Part shown: positions 9,115 through 17,320 of the stretch, piece after piece
How the letters are laid out: each line of letters opens with the position of its first letter
Position numbering within the stretch: position 1 is the first letter of the stretch
NCBI GenBank assembly: GCA_965250285.1
Contig: OZ252299.1
Coordinates: forward strand, 1,440,001-1,504,000
Source of the DNA: Myxococcota bacterium
GTDB taxonomy: Bacteria; Myxococcota_A; UBA9160; UBA4427
DNA length: 64,000 nt
Direction: 5' to 3'
Position numbers and translations under genes: made by a program
The notes under the pieces: generated by a model
What the model was told of the DNA's origin: nothing
Database searches by the model: none
Seen by the model: only the letters and a program-made list of their open reading frames with translations

Positions 9115-10134
9115 TCAGTCGCGGCGTCGCAGCGCCGAGTACCCCATGAAGGCCAAGCTGCCGCCGAGGGCACCGAGCGCGGCCAGCGGGGCGAGCGGCA
9201 CCTTGAATGCGCCGTCGGTCCAGCTCGTCGAGCCGACCAGGTTGCCGCGGATCGCGTCGCCGAAGATCAGGTTGCTGAAGATCTGGTAGTCGCCGATCGC
9301 GGACGAGGCGGGCACGGCAACGCGATTGCCGTCCGAGCTGAAGTGGAAGAGGGGGACGGGCAAGGGATTGATGAAGGCCTGCAGGCCGCTGCCCCCCGTG
9401 CCGCCCCGTTCGGCCGGCGTCCAGGCTTCTTCGAGGTAGCCGAGGACGCGTGTGCAGTAGGGATCCTCGCCCGGCAGACCGCCCTCGAGGAGCTGGTCTT
9501 CCTGGGTCGTGCACGAGCCGCCGTTCAGCGCCGGGTCGCACCAGGCGTCGCAGTACGTGCCCTGACCGGGCTCGACCACGCCCGGAAAGAACTCGCCACC
9601 GTAGGGATCGTTGTTCAGATTCGGGAACTGAACGGCGTAGCCATTCTTGAACACCGTCTCGTCGGGCGTGATGCTGAGTGCGACGACCGGGAGACCCGAG
9701 AGGACGGCCTCGTTGTACGTGTCGGACTGAATCAAGACGCGGCAGCCGGCGATCGGGTCGAACGTGCCGTTGGTGGCGGCATTCGACGTCGTCGCGCACG
9801 AGAACTCCTGGCTGAGCAGGCTGTGCGTGATCGAGACCTTGAGGACGGGCAGGTCGGTGCCGAAGTTGCCGCCGGGATCGGGATCGATCACGAGTTCGGA
9901 GTCGGGCCCCTCCCACGGCGACGTGCCGATCTCGCAGCCGGTCTTCGGGTCCTGGTCTCCTACCGGCGTGGGCGGCGTGACCGGGTAGAACACGGAGCAG
10001 TTGTTGAAGACGGCGCTCGGCGACGTGATCACCAGGATCGACCCGCCGTTGTTGTAGGTGCGATCGGCTGCCAGCGTCGGTCCCGCCGCGAGGCTGGCGG
10101 CGATCAAGAGCAGCAGTGAGAGTCGAAGCTTCAT
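9115..10134 (-). CDS. Secreted Cys-containing acidic protein with C-terminal VPLAP-TM-RRR sorting-like tail, paralogue 1 (339 aa)
   Basis: Signal peptide MKLRLSLLLLIAASLAAGPTLA; 8 Cys; ends KVPLAPLAALGALGGSLAFMGYSALRRRD; AGGAG RBS. Confidence 0.9.
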   Translation of the reverse strand: MKLRLSLLLLIAASLAAGPTLAADRTYNNGGSILVITSPSAVFNNCSVFYPVTPPTPVGDQDPKTGCEIGTSPWEGPDSELVIDPDPGGNFGTDLPVLKVSITHSLLSQEFSCATTSNAATNGTFDPIAGCRVLIQSDTYNEAVLSGLPVVALSITPDETVFKNGYAVQFPNLNNDPYGGEFFPGVVEPGQGTYCDAWCDPALNGGSCTTQEDQLLEGGLPGEDPYCTRVLGYLEEAWTPAERGGTGGSGLQAFINPLPVPLFHFSSDGNRVAVPASSAIGDYQIFSNLIFGDAIRGNLVGSTSWTDGAFKVPLAPLAALGALGGSLAFMGYSALRRRD

Positions 10135-10262
10135 CGAGAGGGTCTCCTGTCTCGAGATTCGGTTGCTTGGTCTTCCCCGTTTCGCTCGTCGTGACAGCGC
10201 TTTGCGACACGGCCCGGGCGCGCTGAACCGGCGCGTCCGAACGCTGAACAGCTCACGTGAAG

Positions 10263-10278
10263 AGCAAGCGCCGTGCCA
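10263..10278 (-). promoter_or_regulatory. Sigma54 (-24/-12) promoter of paralogue 1
   Basis: Minus strand TGGCACGGCGCTTGCT matches TGGCAC-N5-TTGCW. Confidence 0.85.
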
Positions 10279-10433
10279 CGCGTGCGAGGTGAAGCGCACC
10301 GATTTAACGAGGCGGGGCGGGGACTTGGGGGCACCCAGGCGTTGGGCGATGTTTCAATCGCGAGGCATTTTGTCACAGCGGATGTGCGGGAGACCTCCCG
10401 CAGCAGCCCGCTGGCGGCGCCAAACACACGAAT

Positions 10434-10486
10434 TTTCAAGAGTTTCTCAGACTCGGGGCAATCTGCTCCATGGGGCAGGATGCTCC
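10434..10486. promoter_or_regulatory. Putative IHF-like site plus tandem palindromic enhancer-like sites upstream of paralogue 1
   Basis: TTTCAAGAGTTTC at 10434-10446, then GGGGCA-N3-TGCTCC at 10455-10469 and 10472-10486. Confidence 0.55.
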
Positions 10487-10596
10487 GCGGTGTCGGTGCC
10501 CCACCCGGATCGCCGCGGCCACCTCGAGTGGGCTGTTGGCGCGGCCCTGAGTCGATCGGTTCGAAGCGTGCTCAGGCGCGAGCGTCGCCCGGGCCC

Positions 10597-10634
10597 AAAG
10601 AGAAAGGGCCGCCCAGCGCATGCTGGACGGCCCT
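10597..10634 (-). terminator. Intrinsic terminator of paralogue 2
   Basis: Minus strand AGGGCCGTCCAGC-ATGC-GCTGGGCGGCCCT followed by TTCTCTTT. Confidence 0.8.
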
Positions 10635-10661
10635 GTCTTGGAGCTTGTTGCGTCTCTGGAT

Positions 10662-11681
10662 CTACTCGCGGCGTCGCAGCACCGAGAAGCCCATGAACGC
10701 GAGGCTGCCGCCGAGGGCACCGAAGGCCGCGAGCGGGGCCAGCGGCACCTTGAAGGCGCCGTCGGTCCAGACCGTGGTCCCGATCAGGTTGCCGCGGATG
10801 GCGTCGCCGAAGATCAGGTTGCTGAAGATCTGGTAGTCGCCAATGGCGCTCGAAGCCGGCACCGCGATGCGGTTGCCGTCCGAGCTGAAGTGCCAGACCG
10901 GGACAGGCAGCGGGTTGATGAAGGCCTGAAGGCCATCACCACCGGTGCCGCCCCGCTCAGCCGGGGTCCACGCCTCTTCGAGGTAGCCGAGGACGCGCGT
11001 GCAGTAGGGCAGCTCGCCGGGCAGGCCACCTTCGAGCAGCTGGTCTTCCTGGGCCGTGCACGAGCCACCGTTGGCGGCCGGGTCGCACCAGGCGTCGCAG
11101 AACGTGCCCTGGCCGGGCTCGATGACGCCGGGGAAGAACTCACCGCCGTAGGGGTCGTTGTTCAGGTTCGGGAACTGAACCGCGTAGCCGTTCTTGAACA
11201 CCGAGCTGTCGGGCGTGATGCTGGTCGCGGCGACCGGCAGGCCGGTGAGCACGGCGTCGTTGAAGGTGTCGGCCTCGATGAACACGCGGCAGCCGGGGAC
11301 CGGATCGAAGGTGCCGTTGGTGGCCGCATTCGAGGTCGTGGCGCAGGAGAACTCCTGCGTCAGGTTGCTGTTCGTGACCGAGGTCGTGATGATCGGCAGA
11401 TCGGTGCCGAAGTTGCCGCCCGGATCGGGGTCGACGACGAGCTGCGAGCCCGAGCCTTCCCAGGGCGAGATGCCGATTTCACAGCCGGTCTTCGGATCCT
11501 GCTCGCCGACCGGGGTGGGCGGCGTGACGGGGTAGAAGACCGAGCAGTTGCCGAACTGGGCGCTCGGCGAAGTGATGACCAGAACCTGGCCGCCGTTGGT
11601 GTAGTCACGATTCGCGGCGAAGGCCGGCATCGCGATCAGGCTGCTCAGGGCGACGAGCAGCAGCGCATTACGAAACTTCAT
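10662..11681 (-). CDS. Secreted Cys-containing acidic protein with VPLAP-TM-RRR tail, paralogue 2 (339 aa)
   Basis: Signal peptide MKFRNALLLVALSSLIAMPAFA; colinear with paralogues 1 and 3; ends KVPLAPLAAFGALGGSLAFMGFSVLRRRE. Confidence 0.9.
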   Translation of the reverse strand: MKFRNALLLVALSSLIAMPAFAANRDYTNGGQVLVITSPSAQFGNCSVFYPVTPPTPVGEQDPKTGCEIGISPWEGSGSQLVVDPDPGGNFGTDLPIITTSVTNSNLTQEFSCATTSNAATNGTFDPVPGCRVFIEADTFNDAVLTGLPVAATSITPDSSVFKNGYAVQFPNLNNDPYGGEFFPGVIEPGQGTFCDAWCDPAANGGSCTAQEDQLLEGGLPGELPYCTRVLGYLEEAWTPAERGGTGGDGLQAFINPLPVPVWHFSSDGNRIAVPASSAIGDYQIFSNLIFGDAIRGNLIGTTVWTDGAFKVPLAPLAAFGALGGSLAFMGFSVLRRRE

Positions 11682-11790
11682 TGAGTGTTTCTTCTCCATC
11701 GGTTTCCATCATCGGGCAACGCCCGCTCTGCCGAGCCGACGCGTGCAACGCACTCGCAGGGTCGCGAGGTGTCGCGATGGCCTCGCTAGG

Positions 11791-11806
11791 AGCAAGACGC
11801 GTGCCA
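11791..11806 (-). promoter_or_regulatory. Sigma54 promoter of paralogue 2
   Basis: Minus strand TGGCACGCGTCTTGCT. Confidence 0.85.
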
Positions 11807-11843
11807 CATGTTGCGATTGTGTCGCGCCCTGAAAACGCAATGA

Positions 11844-12017
11844 AATCGGCTATTTGGGTCCTTCTGTGACAAGTTCGGGGCGATGCCTCTACGGAGCATA
11901 ATGCCCCGGATTCACCGTTCGCATCCCATCTGCTCGTACGCAGGCGGGGAGAAAATCCAGCAAAAACAAGCACTTGGCGATTTCGGGTGAATTCGCCCCA
12001 GTGCGGCATTCTGCGCC
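11844..12017. promoter_or_regulatory. Putative IHF-like and enhancer-like sites upstream of paralogue 2
   Basis: AATCGGCTATTTG 11844-11856; GGAGCA-TAA-TGCCCC 11893-11907; AAACAAGCACTTG 11964-11976; GGGTGA-ATT-CGCCCC 11985-11999; GCGGCA-TTC-TGCGCC 12003-12017. Confidence 0.5.
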
Positions 12018-12031
12018 GTGCCCGGTGGCCC

Positions 12032-12069
12032 AAACAGAGAGGGCCGCCCAGCGCATGCTGGACGGCCCT
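12032..12069 (-). terminator. Intrinsic terminator of paralogue 3
   Basis: Hairpin identical to that of paralogue 2, followed by CTCTGTTT on the minus strand. Confidence 0.75.
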
Positions 12070-12096
12070 GTCTTGGAGCTTGTTGCGTCTCTGGAT

Positions 12097-13116
12097 CTAC
12101 TCGCGGCGTCGCAGCACCGAGTAGCCCATGAACGCGAGGCTGCCGCCAAGGGCACCGAAGGCCGCGAGCGGGGCCAGCGGCACCTTGAAGGCGCCGTCGG
12201 TCCAGACCGTGGTCCCGGTCAGGTTGCCGCGGATGGCGTCGCCGAAGATCAGGTTGCTGAAGATCTGGTAGTCGCCGATGGCAGTCGAAGCCGGCACCGC
12301 GATGCGGTTGCCGTCCGAGCTGAAGTGCCAGACCGGGACGGGCAGCGGGTTGATGAAGGCCTGGAGGCCATCACCACCGGTGCCGCCGCGCTCGGCCGGC
12401 TGAAACTGCTCCTCGAGGTAGCCGAGGACGCGCGTGCAGTAGGGCAGCTCGCCGGGGAGGCCACCTTCGAGCAGCTGGTCTTCCTGGGCCGTGCACGAGC
12501 CACCGTTGGCCGCCGGGTCGCACCAGGCATCACAGAAGACGCCCTGACCCTGCTCGACGACGCCCGGGAAGAACTCACCGCCGTAGGGGTCGTTGTTCAG
12601 GTTCGGGAACTGAACGGCGTAGCCATCCTTGAAGACCGTGTCGTCGGGCGTGATGCTGGTCGCGGCGACCGGCAGGCCCGTGAGGACGGCGTCATTGAAG
12701 GTATCGGCCTCGATGAACACGCGGCAGCCGGGGACCGGATCGAAGGTGCCGTTGGTGGCCGCATTCGAGGTCGTGGCGCAGGAGAACTCCTGCGTCAGAT
12801 TGCTCTGCGTGACCGAGGTCGTGATGATCGGCAGATCGGTGCCGAAGCTGCCGCCCGGATCGGGGTCGACGACGAGCTGTGAGCCCGAGCCTTCCCAGGG
12901 CGAGATGCCGACTTCGCAGCCGCTCTTCGGATCCTGCGCACCGACCGGGGTGGGCGGCGTGACCGGGTAGAAGACCGAGCAGTTGTTGAACTGGGCACTC
13001 GGCGACGTGATGATGAGGATCTGGCCCCCATTGGTGTAGTTGCGATTCGCGGCAAAGGCCGGCATCGCGATCAGGCTGCTCATGACCAGGAGCAGCAGCG
13101 TGAATCGAAGCTTCAT
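12097..13116 (-). CDS. Secreted Cys-containing acidic protein with VPLAP-TM-RRR tail, paralogue 3 (339 aa)
   Basis: Signal peptide MKLRFTLLLLVMSSLIAMPAFA; about 27 differences from paralogue 2 by manual alignment; AGGAGAAGGA RBS region. Confidence 0.9.
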   Translation of the reverse strand: MKLRFTLLLLVMSSLIAMPAFAANRNYTNGGQILIITSPSAQFNNCSVFYPVTPPTPVGAQDPKSGCEVGISPWEGSGSQLVVDPDPGGSFGTDLPIITTSVTQSNLTQEFSCATTSNAATNGTFDPVPGCRVFIEADTFNDAVLTGLPVAATSITPDDTVFKDGYAVQFPNLNNDPYGGEFFPGVVEQGQGVFCDAWCDPAANGGSCTAQEDQLLEGGLPGELPYCTRVLGYLEEQFQPAERGGTGGDGLQAFINPLPVPVWHFSSDGNRIAVPASTAIGDYQIFSNLIFGDAIRGNLTGTTVWTDGAFKVPLAPLAAFGALGGSLAFMGYSVLRRRE

Positions 13117-13246
13117 GGCGCGTTCCTTCTCCTGTGGTTCTGGTTCGATGTGGACCCGAATCGGTCCGGTGTCTGGCGGACCCATCCGGGTCCCTGTCCG
13201 ACGCCACCACGCTGACCCGGCGGGTGGCTCCGTGGTGACACAGAAT

Positions 13247-13262
13247 AGCAAGGGCTGTGCCA
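13247..13262 (-). promoter_or_regulatory. Sigma54 promoter of paralogue 3
   Basis: Minus strand TGGCACAGCCCTTGCT. Confidence 0.85.
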
Positions 13263-13299
13263 GTCGGGCAGGCGCTATGCGACGCTAAAACATAAGCAT

Positions 13300-13364
13300 T
13301 TTCAAGCACTTGGATTCTTGTGGGGAATCTGCTGCAGAAACCGAAGCCCGGCGCAAACTGCCGC
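13300..13364. promoter_or_regulatory. Putative IHF-like and enhancer-like sites upstream of paralogue 3
   Basis: TTTCAAGCACTTG 13300-13312 (close to WATCAANNNNTTR); TGGGGA-ATC-TGCTGC 13321-13335; GGCGCA-AAC-TGCCGC 13350-13364. Confidence 0.5.
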
Positions 13365-13659
13365 GGTCCGTCCGACGTGCAGCGTTCCGCTGCAGGGGCG
13401 CCTCAGAAACCTGAACAAGTTCGATGACTTGCGCAGTAATCGGCTCAATTCACAAGGACGGTGCAGAATCCGCCGCTCGGCGAATCCCGCCCCGGCAATG
13501 CGCGCGCACACTGCGCCGTGTCGAGCGGTCTCGAGGCATGGCCGGACCCCGGCGCAGCACGTGGTGCGCAGCGCGGGTGGGCATGAGTCGGGCGGGAGGC
13601 GCGCTTCGCCATCGCGCGCAGGGCCGACCGGCCGGCGCGACGACCTCGCGCGGCGAGGA

Positions 13660-16317
13660 TCAGAAGAAGTCGGGCAGGGTGGTGATGCCGACGCGGATGC
13701 CCCAGGTGCGCGGGGGCAGGTAGAAGCCCAGTACCGGTGCGCCAATGCCGGCGGGCGACACGAACAGGAAGTTGATCACGTCCTCGTCCGTCACGTTGTT
13801 CACGAAGCCGCGCACGATGTACACGCCGTCCTCGCTCGTCCAGTCGATCGACAGGTCGAGCTTGGCAAACGGATCCTGGCTGAAGCGTTCCTCGTTGAAC
13901 ACACGGTAGTAGGTGCGGCTCTGCGTCTGCATCTGCGCGCGGGGCGAGAAGGTGCCCCAGCGCTCGAGATCCCAGTCGTACTGAACGCCGAACGAGCCCG
14001 CGAAGCGGGGCGCCTTCTCGAGCGTGTTGCCCGTCAGGTCTTCGGGCGGTCCGCCCGCGCCGTCGGTGATCGGGTTGGCGGGATCGAAGAAGGTGGGATC
14101 CCGGAGGAACAGGTTCCGCACCTTGGCGTCGAGGAAGTTGAAGTGCCCGTTGAAGGTCAGGCCATCGACCGGCATCGCCACGACCTCGAGCTCGACGCCA
14201 CGACTCAGCGCCGAGCCATTGGTCTCGCACTCGAACTGCACGCCGATGATCTGGCACACCTGGAACGGGTCGTAGTCGGTCCAGAAGAGCGTCAGGTTCG
14301 CCGAGATTCGGCCATCCCAGAGCGCGTTCTTCGAGGTGAGCTCGTACTGGGTCACCTCTTCGGCTTCGTAGATGTCCGGGGTGTTCTGGATCGGATTGTC
14401 GGGGTTCGCGCCCAGGGTGAAACCGCCGGGCTTGTACCCCGTCGTGAAGCCGAAGGCGAGCGAGTTCGAGTCGGTGATCTCCCAGTCGGCCCCCGCCTCG
14501 TAGGTCCAGGCGCTGAAGGTCGTACTGCCGGTCTGATCGAACGAGCCCGTAATGTCGTTGATGGCGATGTAGTTCTGCTGGTTCGCGGCGCTGATCTCAA
14601 ACAGCTCCTGGTAGTAGTCGCCGCAGGGGGTGTCGTTCGGGATCGACGGGTCGCTCGGACGCTCCCCGGGCGGGGCATTCGTGTATCGGACGTTTCGCTG
14701 GTCGGCTTCCTTCTGCTCGTTGGAGTAGCGGACGCCGCCCTTGACCTTGAGGTTGTCGAGCACGCGGTAACCGAGGTTGCCGTACCAGGCGAGGCTGCGG
14801 TTGTGCAGGCTCTGGTCGGTGAACGCATCCGTCAGCGCCAAATCCTGCTGAGTGTCGAGGCACTGCGTGCCGTCGACGTTCTCGTCGAAGAAGAAGCCGC
14901 CGGTCTTGAAATCGAAGCGTTCGACGTCGGGTCGTTCGATGAAGGCCTCGACCGAGCCCTGATCGGCGACCAGCGTCGAGCCGAAGTACGAGTGCGGCGT
15001 ATTCGTGCCGTCGACGTCGAGGCGGTTCTCGCGGTCGGTTCGCACGTAGCCGCCGATCACGCCGATGCGCATGTCGCTGAACCAGCTGCTGTTCTGGAAG
15101 AACGGCAGATCCCAGTTGAAGTGCGCGACCGCGCTGCCCTGTCGATTGTCCTGAAAGCCGATGTCGTCGGCGTAGGTCACGAACGGGTCGTCGCTCTTGC
15201 AGAAACCGGGGTTCTCATTGGTGCACCCGGGGATCAGGAGCCGCTGAAGCTCCTCGGGAATGTTCGGGTTCAGCAGTGCGCCGGTGCGATCGAGGCGCTC
15301 GCCGAGCAGGTGTCGCGACGGGCCGATGCCCTTCTGGTAGTTGTAGCCGCCGATCAGTCTGAGCTCGATGCTCTCGTCGGCGAAGAGGCTGCGCGTCTGG
15401 AAGCGCGTGATCAGATCGTCCGCGTCCGAAGCGTCGAAGTTACGCACACCGTACGTGCGGTTCTCCTGATAGCCGTCCCGGTTCTCGTAGGTGACGGTCG
15501 AGCGGGTCATCAGCAGACCATCGGGCAGGATCGGCACGTTCAGGGCGCCGCGCAGCAGGATCTGGTCGAACGAGCCGTACTGGACGTCGCCCATGAAATC
15601 GAGATCCTCGGTCGGGCGCTGGGACGAGACCGCGATGCGGCCGCCGTTCGTGTTGTAGCCGCCGTTGATGCCCTGGGGACCGCGATAGACGCGCACGTTC
15701 TCGACGTCGTAGATGCGCACGGCGGCGGCCGTCGGACGTCCCTGGTGGATGCCGTCGACTTCGAAGCCGACGCCCGGGGTGCCCACCGTCGTGAGGTTGG
15801 CCGCGCCGACACCGCGCAGGGTGATGACCGGCTGCGAACCAAAGTTGCCGACGTGGAGAGAGGGTGTGTTGAGAGAGAGCGACGCGACCTCTTCGATGCC
15901 CATCGTGTCGAGATCGCTCTGGTCGAACTCGGTGATCGCGTCTGGAATGGCCTGTGCGGTGGCCTCCGAGGCCTTGCCGGTCACGACCAGCTCTTCGACG
16001 CCGTAGCCGAGCGAAGTCGGGTCGTCGAAGTTGTAGTCGTCCTCTTCGTCGCTGACTTCTTCGTCTTCTTCGTCGTCGTCGCTGCCGCCTTCTTCGGCGC
16101 GGTCGAACTCGGCGAAGAGATCGTCCTCGTCGTCTTCCTGCGCGGCGCTCGTCGTCGGCACGAGTAGGCCGATCGGAACGATCAGGAGCAGCAACGCGAG
16201 CCACTTCATCCAGTGTGCAACGCGCCGGCCCTGCGGCGTCGCGGCCGGGTCGGGAAGCACCGCGGCTGCAATCCGCTCCGGTTCGTTGATCTGCGTCGGC
16301 ATCGTCGAATCAGTCAT
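13660..16317 (-). CDS. TonB-dependent outer-membrane receptor
   Basis: TonB box VEELVVTG, plug motifs ITLRGVG and DVENVRVYRGPQG, barrel FTTGYKPGGF and NNVTDE, C-terminal Phe; 885 aa. Confidence 0.95.
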   Translation of the reverse strand: MTDSTMPTQINEPERIAAAVLPDPAATPQGRRVAHWMKWLALLLLIVPIGLLVPTTSAAQEDDEDDLFAEFDRAEEGGSDDDEEDEEVSDEEDDYNFDDPTSLGYGVEELVVTGKASEATAQAIPDAITEFDQSDLDTMGIEEVASLSLNTPSLHVGNFGSQPVITLRGVGAANLTTVGTPGVGFEVDGIHQGRPTAAAVRIYDVENVRVYRGPQGINGGYNTNGGRIAVSSQRPTEDLDFMGDVQYGSFDQILLRGALNVPILPDGLLMTRSTVTYENRDGYQENRTYGVRNFDASDADDLITRFQTRSLFADESIELRLIGGYNYQKGIGPSRHLLGERLDRTGALLNPNIPEELQRLLIPGCTNENPGFCKSDDPFVTYADDIGFQDNRQGSAVAHFNWDLPFFQNSSWFSDMRIGVIGGYVRTDRENRLDVDGTNTPHSYFGSTLVADQGSVEAFIERPDVERFDFKTGGFFFDENVDGTQCLDTQQDLALTDAFTDQSLHNRSLAWYGNLGYRVLDNLKVKGGVRYSNEQKEADQRNVRYTNAPPGERPSDPSIPNDTPCGDYYQELFEISAANQQNYIAINDITGSFDQTGSTTFSAWTYEAGADWEITDSNSLAFGFTTGYKPGGFTLGANPDNPIQNTPDIYEAEEVTQYELTSKNALWDGRISANLTLFWTDYDPFQVCQIIGVQFECETNGSALSRGVELEVVAMPVDGLTFNGHFNFLDAKVRNLFLRDPTFFDPANPITDGAGGPPEDLTGNTLEKAPRFAGSFGVQYDWDLERWGTFSPRAQMQTQSRTYYRVFNEERFSQDPFAKLDLSIDWTSEDGVYIVRGFVNNVTDEDVINFLFVSPAGIGAPVLGFYLPPRTWGIRVGITTLPDFF

Positions 16318-17320
16318 AGTTGGGGCTCAGGCGAATGCCGATCAGGATGCTGATGTTCAGGCCGCGATCGTAGGAGTAGTCCATTCGTTCGTCCGGCCCG
16401 GGCTGGACCGGCGCAAAGCCATTGAGCAACGTCGCAGTGGCGGACGTGTCGGACAGGGCGAAGCCGACGTAGGCGTCGGTGTAGAAGCCGAACTTGACCC
16501 ACTCGTTCTCGCCGATATCGACGTCGAGACCGATCCCCGGTGCGATGCCGTGGCTGACGAGATCTTGCGTCTCGAACAGCGGCGACCAGAGGCCGTTCGC
16601 CTGGTCTTGGGTGGGTCCGTCGGCGAAGTCGTAGACGGCACCGATCCCGGCCTTCGATCGGAAGTAGTTCACCGAGGTGTTGATGCGAATGTCGTAGAGG
16701 TCGATCGGCAGCAGGAACTCGGCACCAATCCCCACGAAGAGGGTGGTCTTGGGGTCGACGGTCTGTTCGACCCGCAAGAACTTGTCCTCGCTGTTCAGGG
16801 CGCCGAGGAAGTCCTGGGCACCGAGCCAGTTGACCCGCGGTACGCCATCGCTCGCGAGCGCGCTGTTGTCCTGACGCTGCAGCACGAGCGACGCATTGAT
16901 GAACAGGCGGGGCTTTGTCGGAACGTCGAACTCGGGCATGCGCAGTCGGCCGCCGAAGTTGAGCGCGCCGCCCGCGTAGATACCGTCCCACTCCCCCGAA
17001 GAGTCGACGCACGGGAAGAGGCCCGGAGGAGGCGGGTCAGGGCAGGTCGCAAAGGGGCTGTTGAGCGCACGCGTGCGGCCACTCAGGCTCGAGCTGGCCT
17101 TGTCCCACGTGATGCCCATGCCGATGATCGCGCTGGGTTCGTAGTTTCTCCAATCGCCCCAGTCCGACGGCTCTCGCCGCTTGCGTCGCGGCTTCGGCTG
17201 GCTCTCGCTCTCCGCATCCGCGCTGTCGCCGGCCGGTTCGTCTTGGGCCCACACAGGCAGCGCGATCGCGAGCACGAGGGTCGCGATCAGCAGGCGCAAA
17301 GCCGACTGCCAGGGGTTCAT
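16310..17320 (-). CDS. Secreted, probable outer-membrane beta-barrel protein of unknown function (336 aa)
   Basis: Start re-picked at ATG 17320 (GGAG RBS); signal peptide MNPWQSALRLLIATLVLAIALPVWA; alternating amphipathic strands (LFVGIGAEF, IAPGIGLDVD, ISILIGIRL); 8-bp overlap with the TBDR start. Confidence 0.75.
   Translation of the reverse strand: MNPWQSALRLLIATLVLAIALPVWAQDEPAGDSADAESESQPKPRRKRREPSDWGDWRNYEPSAIIGMGITWDKASSSLSGRTRALNSPFATCPDPPPPGLFPCVDSSGEWDGIYAGGALNFGGRLRMPEFDVPTKPRLFINASLVLQRQDNSALASDGVPRVNWLGAQDFLGALNSEDKFLRVEQTVDPKTTLFVGIGAEFLLPIDLYDIRINTSVNYFRSKAGIGAVYDFADGPTQDQANGLWSPLFETQDLVSHGIAPGIGLDVDIGENEWVKFGFYTDAYVGFALSDTSATATLLNGFAPVQPGPDERMDYSYDRGLNISILIGIRLSPNYD

Noticed and set aside
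9115..13116. Triplicated genes as a DGR, shufflon or mobile element
   Set aside because: No reverse transcriptase, recombinase or transposase is in the window. All copies are intact with their own promoters, and I saw no sign that differences are confined to adenines.
13318..16167. 949-aa plus-strand ORF
   Set aside because: Antisense shadow of the TonB receptor caused by GC codon bias; it has no motifs of its own.
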